NCBI GenBank assembly: GCA_050575255.1 | Contig: JBNZDD010013679.1 | Location: forward strand, 1,973,367-2,037,366 | Direction of reading: 5' to 3' | DNA: 64,000 nucleotides | Origin: Harriotta raleighana | Taxonomy: Eukaryota | Shown here: one piece after another, positions 41,262-52,316 of the stretch | How positions within the stretch are numbered: position 1 is the first letter of the stretch | How the letters are laid out: every line of letters begins with the position of its first letter | Made by a program: the position numbers and the translations under genes | Notes under the pieces: generated by a model | What the model saw: the letters and a program-made list of their open reading frames with translations, nothing else | What the model was told of the DNA's origin: nothing | The model's database searches: none

Positions 41262-42497
41262 CATATGGATTCACAGTGGATAGAGCACTCGCCATAGAGA
41301 AGCTGGGTTTGAATCCTGGCAGGATGAAATGTTTCCTTTTCTAGGAATAATACTTCCTTCAAAACATAATACTGTAAATTAGTAACTCAATGCACGACTG
41401 GACGATTGGGTACCGCATTTTGCCCCCAAAATACAGTGAATTCACTATATAGTATATTCTAAGGCACTTATCAAATGCAAGAATTATTATAAACAAAATA
41501 TGTTATATATTGTATTGTGGAGTCTTGTAGCTCAGTGGTTAGAGCACTCGACTTACAAGCCTGAGACCTATGTTCAAACCCAGGCAGGGCAAAACCTTGG
41601 GCAAGTTTCCTTACTCCACACACCTAATAATAATCCCTCAAAAAAAATTGGTTATTTCAATCCGCGTTTCGCCCACAAATAGTCAATCCACTTGATAGTA
41701 TATTTTGTGAAGCATTCTAGAAGATGTAAAAAGAGCTATATCAAATGTAAGTATTATTATTATTAAAATAATTTGATGATCAGCCATGCCTGTGATACTA
41801 CAGTGAGTTGATGTCCTCATCTTTGAATTGCAAGTACTGTATTTAATAGAAGTCATTAAATGCTTACATATTGATACAGAACCTCCCATTAGAGGTCATC
41901 TCAAAGCATTTCGCAGGATTTACTGTAAAGTACAGTGACTAATTTTGTAGAAAAACCTAGCAGAAAATCTGTACACAGAAACTCAACAGGAAATATGCAA
42001 TGAGCTCTACATGCAGTATCCTAGGATCGATCACCTGTGGGCAAATAGACCTATTCATCATCAAATTATGTTGATAACTCTTGCCAAAATAGCTTGGAGA
42101 AGATAGAACATTATTCCTCAAAGTCTACCCATTGTACCAATCAATTTGAATGACCAAATTTTAAACTTATCAAATTCTGGACAGCAATGTTAGAACTTTG
42201 TAGAGTCCTGAAGCTCAGTGGTTAGAGCACTTGCGTTGCAAGCGTGAGACCTGTGTTTGAATCCAGGCAGGTCAGGGCGAAACCTTGGACAAGTTTCCTT
42301 ACTCCACACGCCTAATAATAATCCCTCAAAAGAAATTGGTAATTTCAATCCATGACGGTTTGTGGGACACTACTGTGCGCAATTGACTGCCATGTTTCAC
42401 CTACAGTCAATTAATTTTACAGTATATCTGTGAAGCACTTTAAGATGTCTAGAAGATGTGAAAAGATCTCTTATATGCAAGGGTTATTATTATTATT
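41262..42497 (+). mobile_element. Cluster of three plus-strand Deu-domain SINEs (about 41262-41490, 41519-41764, 42202-42497)
   Basis: Three heads (cagtggatagagcactcg, gtagctcagtggttagagcactcg, gaagctcagtggttagagcacttg), each followed by core and (TAT)n tail. Confidence 0.85.
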
Positions 42498-42989
42498 TTG
42501 AAAATCTTATTTTTTTAACAAAAGTGTAGTGTCCATTTGAAGAAACGTTCACTTACCATAGACTTATACTGTAGCATCATTTATTCTTCAATCATCACAC
42601 GCAGAAATGGCGAAGTTCTCCAGGGAAAATTCTCACAAATTCTTCCCTTTAAATTCACACTTTGTCAAGATGGTCCTCTCTGAGCATCACTGACTCACAG
42701 CATCGTCCCGAGCTGGATTCTCAGCCAGAGCAGCTGCTAGGAATCCTCAAGAGCAAAAGAACGGAAATGTGTTGCAAGTCTAAATTTCAATCAACTCACA
42801 ACAAAAGGAAAATGCAAGTCAAGTAATTTGTGAGCTAAAGTGTAAAATTTCCAAAAGTAAAGCCTTGCCAAGTGAGACATGAAACAGCTTTGCATCTGAA
42901 CAGTGAATATTCCTCATCCAAACAAAATGAGTTAACTCAGGAAATAATTTATTTAACTTTCACATGAGAATGCTGGATTTTTTTTAAAA

Positions 42990-43126
42990 ATAGAGGGATT
43001 AGGGGATTATGGGGATAGGGCAGGTAATTAGAGTTAGGTCAGAAGATCAGACATGATCTTATTGAATGGCGGGGCAGGCTCGAAGGGCCGAATGGCCTAC
43101 TCCTGCTCCTAATTCTTATGTTCTTA
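42990..43126 (+). mobile_element. CR1-type 3' tail of a second subfamily
   Basis: gatcttattgaatggcggggcaggctcgaagggccgaatggcctactcctgctcctaattcttatgttctta, typical of chondrichthyan CR1 3' ends. Confidence 0.75.
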
Positions 43127-43159
43127 AGTTCACATATGCATCAACTCATCCTCAAAAAT

Positions 43160-43525
43160 GCTTTACAACCAGTTTTTAAGCACTTGCCCCCTCCTACCTC
43201 TCTGACGTGCTGATCCATCAACCTGTCCGCTCCCTACGATAAGCAGGCCTGTGAGGTCTTCTGCCCGACCCGCCTCATCCATCAGCAGCTAGGCTTTCAG
43301 CCGCTCGGCTTTCAGCATCTCTGGCCCCATCGTTTGGAACTCTATCCCACAATTCCTTCCCCTTGCTCCCTCCTTTGCCTCCTTCAAGCCATGTCTCAAG
43401 ATCCTCTTTTTCGCTATATCTTCAGCTTCTCCCCACCTCTCTGCACTCACTCATCCCAACCCCGACTGTTCAGTGTCTTGGGACGTTCTCCCGATGTGAA
43501 AGGCGATTTACAAATTTTGTTGCAC
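43160..43525 (+). mobile_element. L2 3' fragment
   Basis: ggctttcagccgctc...tggaactc...ttgggacgttctcccgatgtgaaaggcg tail. Confidence 0.75.
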
Positions 43526-44600
43526 TCCAGAATAGTCTTGATATCAATTGTTGGTTTGGGGAGAGTATTTCTTACCTCTTGGAGGGGGATCCATCACACT
43601 ATTAGATCATGGCAGGTCAACGCAATGTATGGAGAATAAAGCATGTGTAATTGGCACTTTAAACCTTTTATTCTACAGCTTACCTGGGAGAATTGATTTT
43701 TTTTGCTGGAATGAGTGAAGCTACTTGTGATGTGGAGGGGGGTCTAGTCTGTGAAGGGATTTAGGCAGCATTGCAAGGTTGGTGCAACCAATTCTCTTGA
43801 AGTGCCCATTAGAAATGTCAGCTTCATCTACATTTAATTTCGATGCAATATGCAAACAGCTTTACTACAATTTGAATAAATTTCCTAATTTACCGTACAA
43901 ATAAAATGTTCTTTCTTTTGTAATATAAAGTGCACTTCCTCAGTTGCTACATTAACTAAGAGGAATTTCCCACTTGAATTTTTCATGTATGCATCTTGTA
44001 GGATGGGTTAACAAGGCATGGCTACAATTACCAGTATTTTAGTCAGGAGTAGTTATACATTTTACTTGTAAGGGAACTTACAGTATATAAACCCACTTAA
44101 ATCCATCTGAAACTTTGGACATGGAATAAAAGCAGTTATGTGCAAAATCAATACAATTTACAGTAATTCATGTGAACTTTTTGATACCACAATAAGGTGC
44201 GATGTCCAATGCAAAGAGTTCTTAATCCTATTCAAAGCAACTGATGTAGGAAATCAGAATAGAAAGCAGGAAGTTGGATTCAAGAAAAATAGTTATGGCG
44301 CTAAATTCATTCCACAAAAACCATTACAGAAACAAAAAAGGTTCACAGAGAATAAATAGTGTTGCATTGGTTTTTATCCTAAGCAAGCAAGGCTACCTTC
44401 TGAACCAGCAATATCACACAGCCAGTCATGGTTTGGGTGGTCAATTAAATCTAGACGATTGTTGGCCAAGAAATAGGGAGAAAACCCCTTCTCTTTTCAA
44501 ATAGAGCCCAATGGATTTTTAATGTCCACCTGAACTCGGGATAACATCTCATCTGAATGATAAAACTTCACAGACCAGAACCTCCATAAAAAGATTGAAT

Positions 44601-45233
44601 TGATTTAAATTTCCTAAATGTGCAGCTTAGGAGTAATGTTAACAATAGAAGCTGCTGTGTCTGTGTAACTACTTATCGTTTATTGCTGAAACTGCTCCAT
44701 CCTATAAAGCAGTTTGTAGGTTCAGTTGGCAGGGAGCAAATCTTGAAAAATCCAATCAAGAAAGATTTAATTAATTTTTTTTTTAAATTGAAAATTCCAC
44801 AGCGGCATTCAGCTCCAAAGAATATTTCCAAGCTAATGCACTGGAACATTCAGAGGCGGCTTATCCTGATGAGAATCTTCTTTTTCCCTTCACCAGTTAA
44901 AATGTTAAGCCTGTTACAAAGGTTGGGGAAATGACTAAAGCTGCTTAAAAAACAGGTAAGATATTAGCACCTGAAAGCGACAGAACACCATGGCTGGTTA
45001 CAATGGAGTTATCTGCTTCTATAAATTATACCAGGACTATATAAGCATGGATGCCAGTGGCATTTGACGATTTCTGCAGGTTTCTAAATACCAGCTCCCT
45101 GGAATTCGCACAGGGTATTTAAAGTAGCACCAACCGTTTCCTCCGTTTCGCTGATCAGAAACATTATGCAACATTAATTGAGGCAAGTCAATGACTTTTT
45201 CTCTCGTCTCACAGCAGGCTATCACCTGAAGTA
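44601..45233. repeat. Copy B of the ~600 bp direct duplication, just downstream of the ELAVL2 3' UTR
   Basis: See copy A; contains two ~12-nt segments absent from copy A. Confidence 0.95.
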
Positions 45234-45904
45234 GGAAGGTTTGTGGGACATGTATTGTCTGAGACACAGTTTCCTTAATGTCCACCTAAACAGGTTGTTG
45301 AGGCCAAAGGCCAATCGCAGTACTGCACTATAATAGCAACTTGGTCACGAAGATCATCCTAACATTAGGATGAACTGGTATTTACATAAAACAACTGTAA
45401 TTAAAAAGCTGCATGTATGGCAAATATGTCACAATGGAGCAAACAAATTGAATATTTTAGAAGCTGAAATTATTAATTCATCATGATGTGAGGTTAACAC
45501 TAACATTTTTACAAAATAAGTATTAAAGTACAACTGTATACAAGGCACTACAGATGGAACACCCACTGGAAATTATAAATTTGCATAAGGTCACCATTTC
45601 ACAAACCCTTCACCATTCAGTTTGGCAGCCTGAAATTACACCTGGAATCAGTGAGTGTGCAATTATGCACTTAGGCAACTTTCCAGTACTTCAAACCATT
45701 AAAGGGTAAGTGCAGCTGTTAACTGGAATCCACTTTCTAGAGCACTAGCTCCACCAATATCCAGTTGACATGTTGCAAGATGGCCATTAATAAATTGCCC
45801 CCCTTCCAAGTGCCACATACAAAATGAATAGGCAATGAATGGTTTACAGCAAAGCAATGGCAGATGTACTGAGCCTTAAAACCAGCATTTTCCCTTCAAC
45901 TTTG

Positions 45905-45910
45905 TTTATT
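45905..45910 (-). promoter_or_regulatory. Probable poly(A) signal of ELAVL2
   Basis: Plus tttatt = minus AATAAA, with upstream TGTA (CFIm-type) motifs and U-rich context. Confidence 0.6.
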
Positions 45911-46063
45911 GATGTACTGAACATGAAAAAAGTACAAATGATCCAAACACAATATAAGGAAAAAACATGTACAGCCTCTTAAATACTCAAAAGAACATAT
46001 ATTCCAATCAACTGATGTAAATTTAGTCATACTTTACAACTTCAAATAAATACAGACTTACAT

Positions 46064-46069
46064 TTTATT
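46064..46069 (-). promoter_or_regulatory. Alternative, more proximal poly(A) signal candidate of ELAVL2
   Basis: Minus strand ...cacttaattAATAAAatgtaag... Confidence 0.45.
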
Positions 46070-48235
46070 AATTAAGTGATCAACACTGTAAAGTGAAGGC
46101 CAATTCACATGCAATCCCCACTAAAATTTTGCTGCATTTGACTAGGCTACAAATAGACTAGAGGCTCATGTCAATTACTGGCCTTCATATTTAGCTCAGA
46201 GGTCTTCGGTTTTTAAAGCTGTAGATGGGCTCTTGTGCATTCCCTAAATGCAAGGCCCAGACAATTAGTTCAAGACGCCAGTTAGCTATCAGCAGTCAGT
46301 GGGTTAGCATGAAAATGTGGGTACACTTTCATGTGCTTCACAGTATATGTACTTCAACTAGGCTGAGAATTTATAACTACAGTATTCAAAAAGCAATAGC
46401 AAAGATAAATGTACAACTATGTTATGCATAGCACATTGCTTGTTCTAAGGGGAAGAGTACATGAGCATTTCTCAGTTTACACAAAGCAGGACATTTAACT
46501 ACAGTTATCAGTGCACCTGGTCGAGGATTGCAATCCTACGGCCAATTTGTTCTTAGAAGAATAAGTTAAGCTAGATGCTTCTCTGAAAATAGAGTTTTTC
46601 AAATTTATTCCTGTTATGATAAAGAACGGCTATATCTCCCCATAGTGATTTAAGCATTATTTGCAAATTTACTTCAATGTTTCAACAGGACATCTTCCTT
46701 TTTTAGTATGAAAATGTAAGCATATTTGTTCAAACTGTGGTTTTACCCATTGTACCACAAATGCATATATAACAAAAGCAGTGTCACTATAGTTTTAAAG
46801 AGCTGCAACAAGACTATCTACAGACCAACAACAAACAAATTTGATGCACTGCAATTCTGGTCATTAGGACAACAAAACAAGTAAACTTCAAGTAATGTTA
46901 ATGCAGTCTACATGAAACAAAAAACATACAAAGCATTCAAGGTTCTTAAACAGCACTTGGCATGTAGTCAAAAAACAAAAAAGCAGTAAAGTCCATAACA
47001 CAAGGACTTATTTACATTACACAATGCTCAGGTGCAGTCTCTCATCATTATCCTTTTGCATTTCCGAAATGTATTCCGACGGCTTTGACATCTGTATTGC
47101 AAAGCAAGTCCAATTTACTTTTTTTTCACCCAATTCCAGCACAGACAATACAGCAGGAGAGTGTACATCACTAAACACCTTGAGCTCGAACAGAAGGGAA
47201 TACTTTGAGGAAGAACAGATTTTCCCCCCAATTTTCAATAATTTTGATATTTCATATTTGCATGCACTCTCAATGTTAGCCTCTTTTAAGTCTTGAAATC
47301 ACAATTAAATGTGAGCTATTTTTGCCACAAACAATAACCAGGATGATCCACTGATTATACATATGAAACCCACAGTGCCCACTGGTTCTACATCTTGGTA
47401 ATATAAAGGTCTTCAAGGTAATCTCTACATGACAAGTCTTTCCAATAAATACCAGCCACTGGAAATTTCCTGGGTTTTAATTTTTTTTCAAAAGCTCACT
47501 AGATGTCATATGAAGAGATTCTCAAAGTAACCAAGTCAAAATATTTGTTCCAGGTCCTGTAAAAAGTTTCTCCAAATTTTTCTTTTTATAAAAATAGATG
47601 CTTTTTTTTTTAAACCCACTTCATCAAAGAGGCTCTCTCTCTTTGGCAAGGTACTGTGTTACGAAAAAAAGATTTTTTTCCAAGAACCTTACAATAAGGT
47701 ACAATTGAAGCCCACCCTTTTCCCAATTCCAAAATCTTAATATCAAAATAAAATACTGTTTCACTTAAACACTTCCAACACATAAAAGAAACAAACAGCA
47801 ACTCAAAACAGTTCTGTGAAACAATCAAGACTTTTAAATGAAATGAATGTTTACCCCCAAAAAACCTCACAAATTCACTTTTTGCACTGTTTCAAGCCAG
47901 TTGCGTAAAAATCTAGGAGTTATTTTCTTTCTTCCTTCAGCTGAAACAGTTTCTTTTAAAAGGTCCACCTCCATCTCAAAGGAGGTAATGTTTTGGGGCA
48001 GGTAAAAAAACAACCTGCATCACTTGTCCATTTCCCCACCCCCCCCCCCCAAACATAAAAGCTATGAAAGAAGATTTAATGGAAAGTTACCAGCAATATA
48101 AAATCCTCTCACATATTCTTAGGATGCTAAATAGTCATACTTTAACACTGACTTACAAAGTCTTTGCACTAGTATATAAAGTTTTGCCTTTAATTTGTGT
48201 TTCCTCAAATAGCTTATAACAGTTATGTTTACACA

Positions 48236-48580
<345 letters not shown>

Positions 48581-48700
48581 CTATAATGGAACCATAGAAT
48601 ATTTCTAATACAAGACCATATAGCAAAAGTCAACTGTCAGTCACCTTGTGGTATATTCGAAAGCAATTATTTAGTTGTCAAAATTATTTTAACTGCACAA

Positions 48701-48898
48701 TAATGATAATAATACTTGCATTTGATATAGCGCCTTATCACATCGTTGAGACGTCTCAAAACGCTTCACAGAATTTACTGCAAAATGAATTGACTGTTTA
48801 TTTTGTGGGCGAAACGTGGCGGTCAATTGCGCACAGCAGTGTCCCACAAACAGTCGTGGAATGAGTGACCATGTTTTTTTGGGAGGGATTATTACCCC
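48701..48898 (-). mobile_element. Deu-domain SINE 3' part in the last ELAVL2 intron
   Basis: ataataatacttgcatttgatatagcgcc...gcgcacagcagtgtcccacaaacag is the reverse complement of the family tail and core. Confidence 0.85.
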
Positions 48899-49559
48899 CT
48901 GCAATGCAAAGGGAAATAGATAGAGGGTCGGACAGAACCCATCCCCAGTGTCATCACTCTCAGAATACTTTTTCAATTTTTTTTTCTAAAATGGTTAAAA
49001 TGTTGCACAGAATGGGACCAGGAATAAACCTTCTCATCTGCAACCATTCCCAATCACAATTACAGTACAACTGTTATTACTGTTTTAGAAACCCCTCCTT
49101 AGGAATTTCTTGCCCTAACAAAATGTAAGTGGAAAGATTTTCCCCCCCCACAGTCACAGCACAACATGATCATACATCAAAATGGTAAGCTTCAAATACA
49201 TATCATTGTAAAAATTAAGTTGAAATGTGATCTTAGTCACAGTTGTACTGTTTATTAGTCAAGAAGCTGGACAATCTGGATGCACAGAGCCTTAATTTGC
49301 TTAGAAGTTCAGTTCACACAATTTGTAATTTTTTTAGTCACAAATTTTATCAGTTTATTGTTAACATATAGCAGAAGTTGTTGCCTCTTAAAGGCTCAAC
49401 CAGTAGTGGTTCCTTGCCTGAAATGCCCACATTCTAGGTATGATAACAGTTTAAAAATTAGCCTCAATCATCTCAATATAAGCGTAGGGGAGCAAAGAGA
49501 AAGGATTCTTGCATCTGATCGCTAACCAACCAATAGAAGGATGATTTGGTTAATATATA

Positions 49560-50530
49560 CAGTAATAGTCTGTTTATCCATGACTCAATCAATTGTAACT
49601 TCCGTATAACCGGCACTCAAAAAAAAGTCTCCATTCGAATAACCGGATCTTATCCAGCACACTTGTGGCGGCGCATTTAATGAGTCGATTGTCGGACGAG
49701 AGTACAGTACGATTAGTTCTGAATGCTGAGAGTAGTGGCACATCCGGTTTTTCCTCTTAAAGCGGCACTGTCGGTTTTTCTCTCCCTCTCTCCTTTTTCT
49801 ACCTCTCCCTCTTTTTCTTTCTCCCTTTCTTTCCTTCCTCTCCATCTCTCTCTCTCTTTCTATCTCTTCCCCTTTCTTTCTCTCTGACGGATACTACCTA
49901 TTGCCTGACAGTATCATGGATTTTTTTTTTTTTGGGGGGGGAGGGGGTAGTGGAGGGAAAGAAATAAAGAAAAAAAAAGGAAAAAAACTCTTCTGTCCGT
50001 CATTGTAGAAGTTTGCTTTGTGATTGTGTGCTGTGGGAGAAGGAAAGAGAGGTGGGGGAGAAAGAGAGAGATGTGGGAGGGGGAAAGAAAGGTGGGAGAG
50101 AGAGAGTGGGGGGGTGAGTTGATTAATTTAGATGGAAAATAAGGAGTGGAGGGGGTTTGAGTTTGGAGCCATTGAGATGCCAGACTAACAGAGAGTGTGA
50201 GTGAGTGCGCGAGAGAGTATGCGAGAAAGAGATGGAAGGAGGGAGAGAAATAAAGAAAACAAAAGGAAAAAACTCTTCTGTCCGTCCTTGTAGAAGTTTG
50301 CTTTGTGATTGTGTGCTGTGGTTGTAGACTGTAATCAATATTTTTTGCTTTAATAGTAAGTATCTGTACAATATTCTGTTATTATTTAGTCTATTATTAA
50401 TATGGTATGTTTAAAAAAAGTGTTTTTTTTGTGTTGGGTTTTCGGTGTCGATATTCAACCGAATATCCGGCATGCCATTTAACTGACATTGGCCAGGTCC
50501 CGAGCGTGCCCGTTAAACCGGCTTTTACTG
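49560..50530 (+). mobile_element. Non-autonomous Tc1/mariner (pogo/Tigger-like) DNA transposon, family 1
   Basis: TA|CAGTAATAGTCTGTTTATCC ... TTAAACCGGCTTTTACTG|TA: TIRs with TA target duplication; internal GA/CT low-complexity tracts; homologous to 51869-52316 and 61227-62045. Strand is relative within the family. Confidence 0.8.
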
Positions 50531-50823
50531 TACAAGTCTTACAAAACATGAAAATAGTCAAAATATTTGAGAAACGTGGGTTACTTGTATATAAAAAAAT
50601 TTTAAACTAATTTTATTTTAAGGTCAATATTTCATAGTAGCAAATAAATTCTCAAATATGAGGACCACACTTTTACCATTAATGCCAAACACATTTACTG
50701 GAGTTAAGATAGCCAGAGACTGAGCAAAATACACTTTCAAAATGTTTCCAAATTTTAGATTAAAAACAATTCAACTGCAAAGGAAATTCAATCAAATGCA
50801 GAAAGTTAATGTGCAGCAATTAC

Positions 50824-50862
50824 CTTTTCACACCATAAGCCATATTTAGAAGATTGTCCAAC
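50824..50862 (-). CDS. ELAVL2: ELAVL2 39-nt hinge microexon (alternatively spliced in Hu genes)
   Basis: ttttgcag|G TTG GAC AAT CTT CTA AAT ATG GCT TAT GGT GTG AAA AG|gtaatt = (R)LDNLLNMAYGVK(R), the 13-aa Hu hinge insert; frame-preserving; too short for the ORF track. Confidence 0.95.
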
Positions 50863-51028
50863 CTGCAAAAAACATTTTAAAATTCAATAATTTGTACACA
50901 ATGAGATCCACAACCTCAAATCATCTTCCAAAATATTCAAAGTCTCTTCCCCCACAAAAACTTTACCAGATTTGTTTTACCAGCACATTTTGCGCCAGTT
51001 ATTGAATCAAGATTTACATTACCATGGG

Positions 51029-51130
51029 AGTTCAGATGAAGAATCGTGGACCCAAAATGTTGACTCACTTTCCATTCTCCATAGATGCTGCCTGACTTGC
51101 TAAGTGTTTCCCGCAATTTCTGTTTTTGTT
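51029..51130 (+). mobile_element. Penelope-like element terminal-repeat remnant with decayed hammerhead core
   Basis: gttcagatgaagaatcgtggacccaaaatgttgactc...tctccatagatgctgcctgacttgctaagtgtttcc...atttctgtttttgtt resembles, from memory, the shark PLE repeat (CTGAnGAAGGGTC...CCCGAAACGTT...GATGCTGCCTGACCTGCTGAG). Confidence 0.6.
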
Positions 51131-51868
51131 CTATATTACCATAATTTGTTTTCATTAGTTCCAATGTTTCACCTGAAAATCAGGTTCATTATAATGTACT
51201 TCAGGAAAAGCTCAGAGTGTTGATTCTTTTAGAATGATTGATACAATAAAAGGCTTTATTATTTAGAGGAAGTAAAGTTAATAGAACTCAAAAACAGATC
51301 AAATAGCAACCTTCTGTGTCAATAAAGCAGATTTATAACATCTTTCACATTGGGAGGATGTCCCAAAAGTGCTGGAGGATCTGCACTCAATTATTTGCAC
51401 AAGAGCTGGAGGTTGGAATCAAGTGGGGGTGGAGGGCAACAGGAATGGGAGGTTGATTGAAAGTACGGTGGGATGTCCTCCTGACGTGAAAGGTGTGATG
51501 CAAGTGTAATTTTGTTGTTGTTGAAGTGGAAAGCTTTGAGGCAAGCCTTGAAGGAGGCATGGCAAAATTGCACAGTGGGCTGAAGTTTCAGAGGGTAGGA
51601 GCAGATAGTGTAGCAGGCAGAGGATATGTAACAGGTCAATGCCTGCCAAGCAGAGGGAGTGAGCAGGTTGGTAAGGTTTTAGTAGGGCTTGTTCCCTCCT
51701 CAACCCCAGACAAAAAGGATAGTCAAAAGTTACAAGTTAGCAAGCATTACTTCGGAGTACTTGCTAGATATTACAATATACTCCCCCCATGGAGTTTGGT
51801 GAGAAACACAAGTGTAAAACACAAGTTGATTGCCACCAATTCCCAGTACACATTATAATCCAATGGTA

Positions 51869-52316
51869 CAGTAAAACTTTGTTTATCCATGACTTGATGA
51901 ACCGGAAAACCCATTCAACCGCCATCTCAAAAAAAAAGTCCCGATTCGATGAACCAGAAGTTATCCAGCAAATAGTGATGACGTGTTTAATGAATCAACT
52001 GTTGCATTCGAGTACTGGTGCAGGTACTCGCGGCTGGCCACTAGCCGGGTCTAAACTCGTTCCAGCTCCTTTTAAAAGTCGCGTTTTTTTTTAACCTGTT
52101 GGGTGAGGGCTGCCATTGCAAAGTTAAGTATAAATAATAAAGTACTAATACAATTCTGTTATTATTTAGTCTATTATTAATATGGTATGTGTTCAAATAT
52201 TTTTTTTTTATTATTTTTTTAAAATATTGTATTTTTAACAAAAAACGTGCAACCGGAAAATCGTTTAACCGCCACTGGCCAGGTCCCGTGGGTGCCAGAT
52301 AAACAGGGTTTTACTG
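51869..52316 (+). mobile_element. Tigger-like MITE, family 1 (shorter internal-deletion form)
   Basis: TA|CAGTAAAACTTTGTTTATC ... GATAAACAGGGTTTTACTG|TA; shares termini and the attctgttattatttagtctattattaatatggtatg block with 49560-50530 in the same orientation. Confidence 0.85.

Larger units (their letters stand above)
45885..48235 (-). other. ELAVL2: ELAVL2 3' UTR (main form, ~2.3 kb; 3' end inferred)
   Basis: Follows the stop codon; U-rich on the sense strand; lacks the SINE/LINE fragments found elsewhere; ends near two AATAAA hexamers. Confidence 0.75.

Noticed and set aside
44865-44935. CTGATGA in the duplicated block as a hammerhead ribozyme or C/D box
   Set aside because: No stem II closing onto a CGAAA and no convincing stems I/III; C box lacks the leading purine and a terminal stem.
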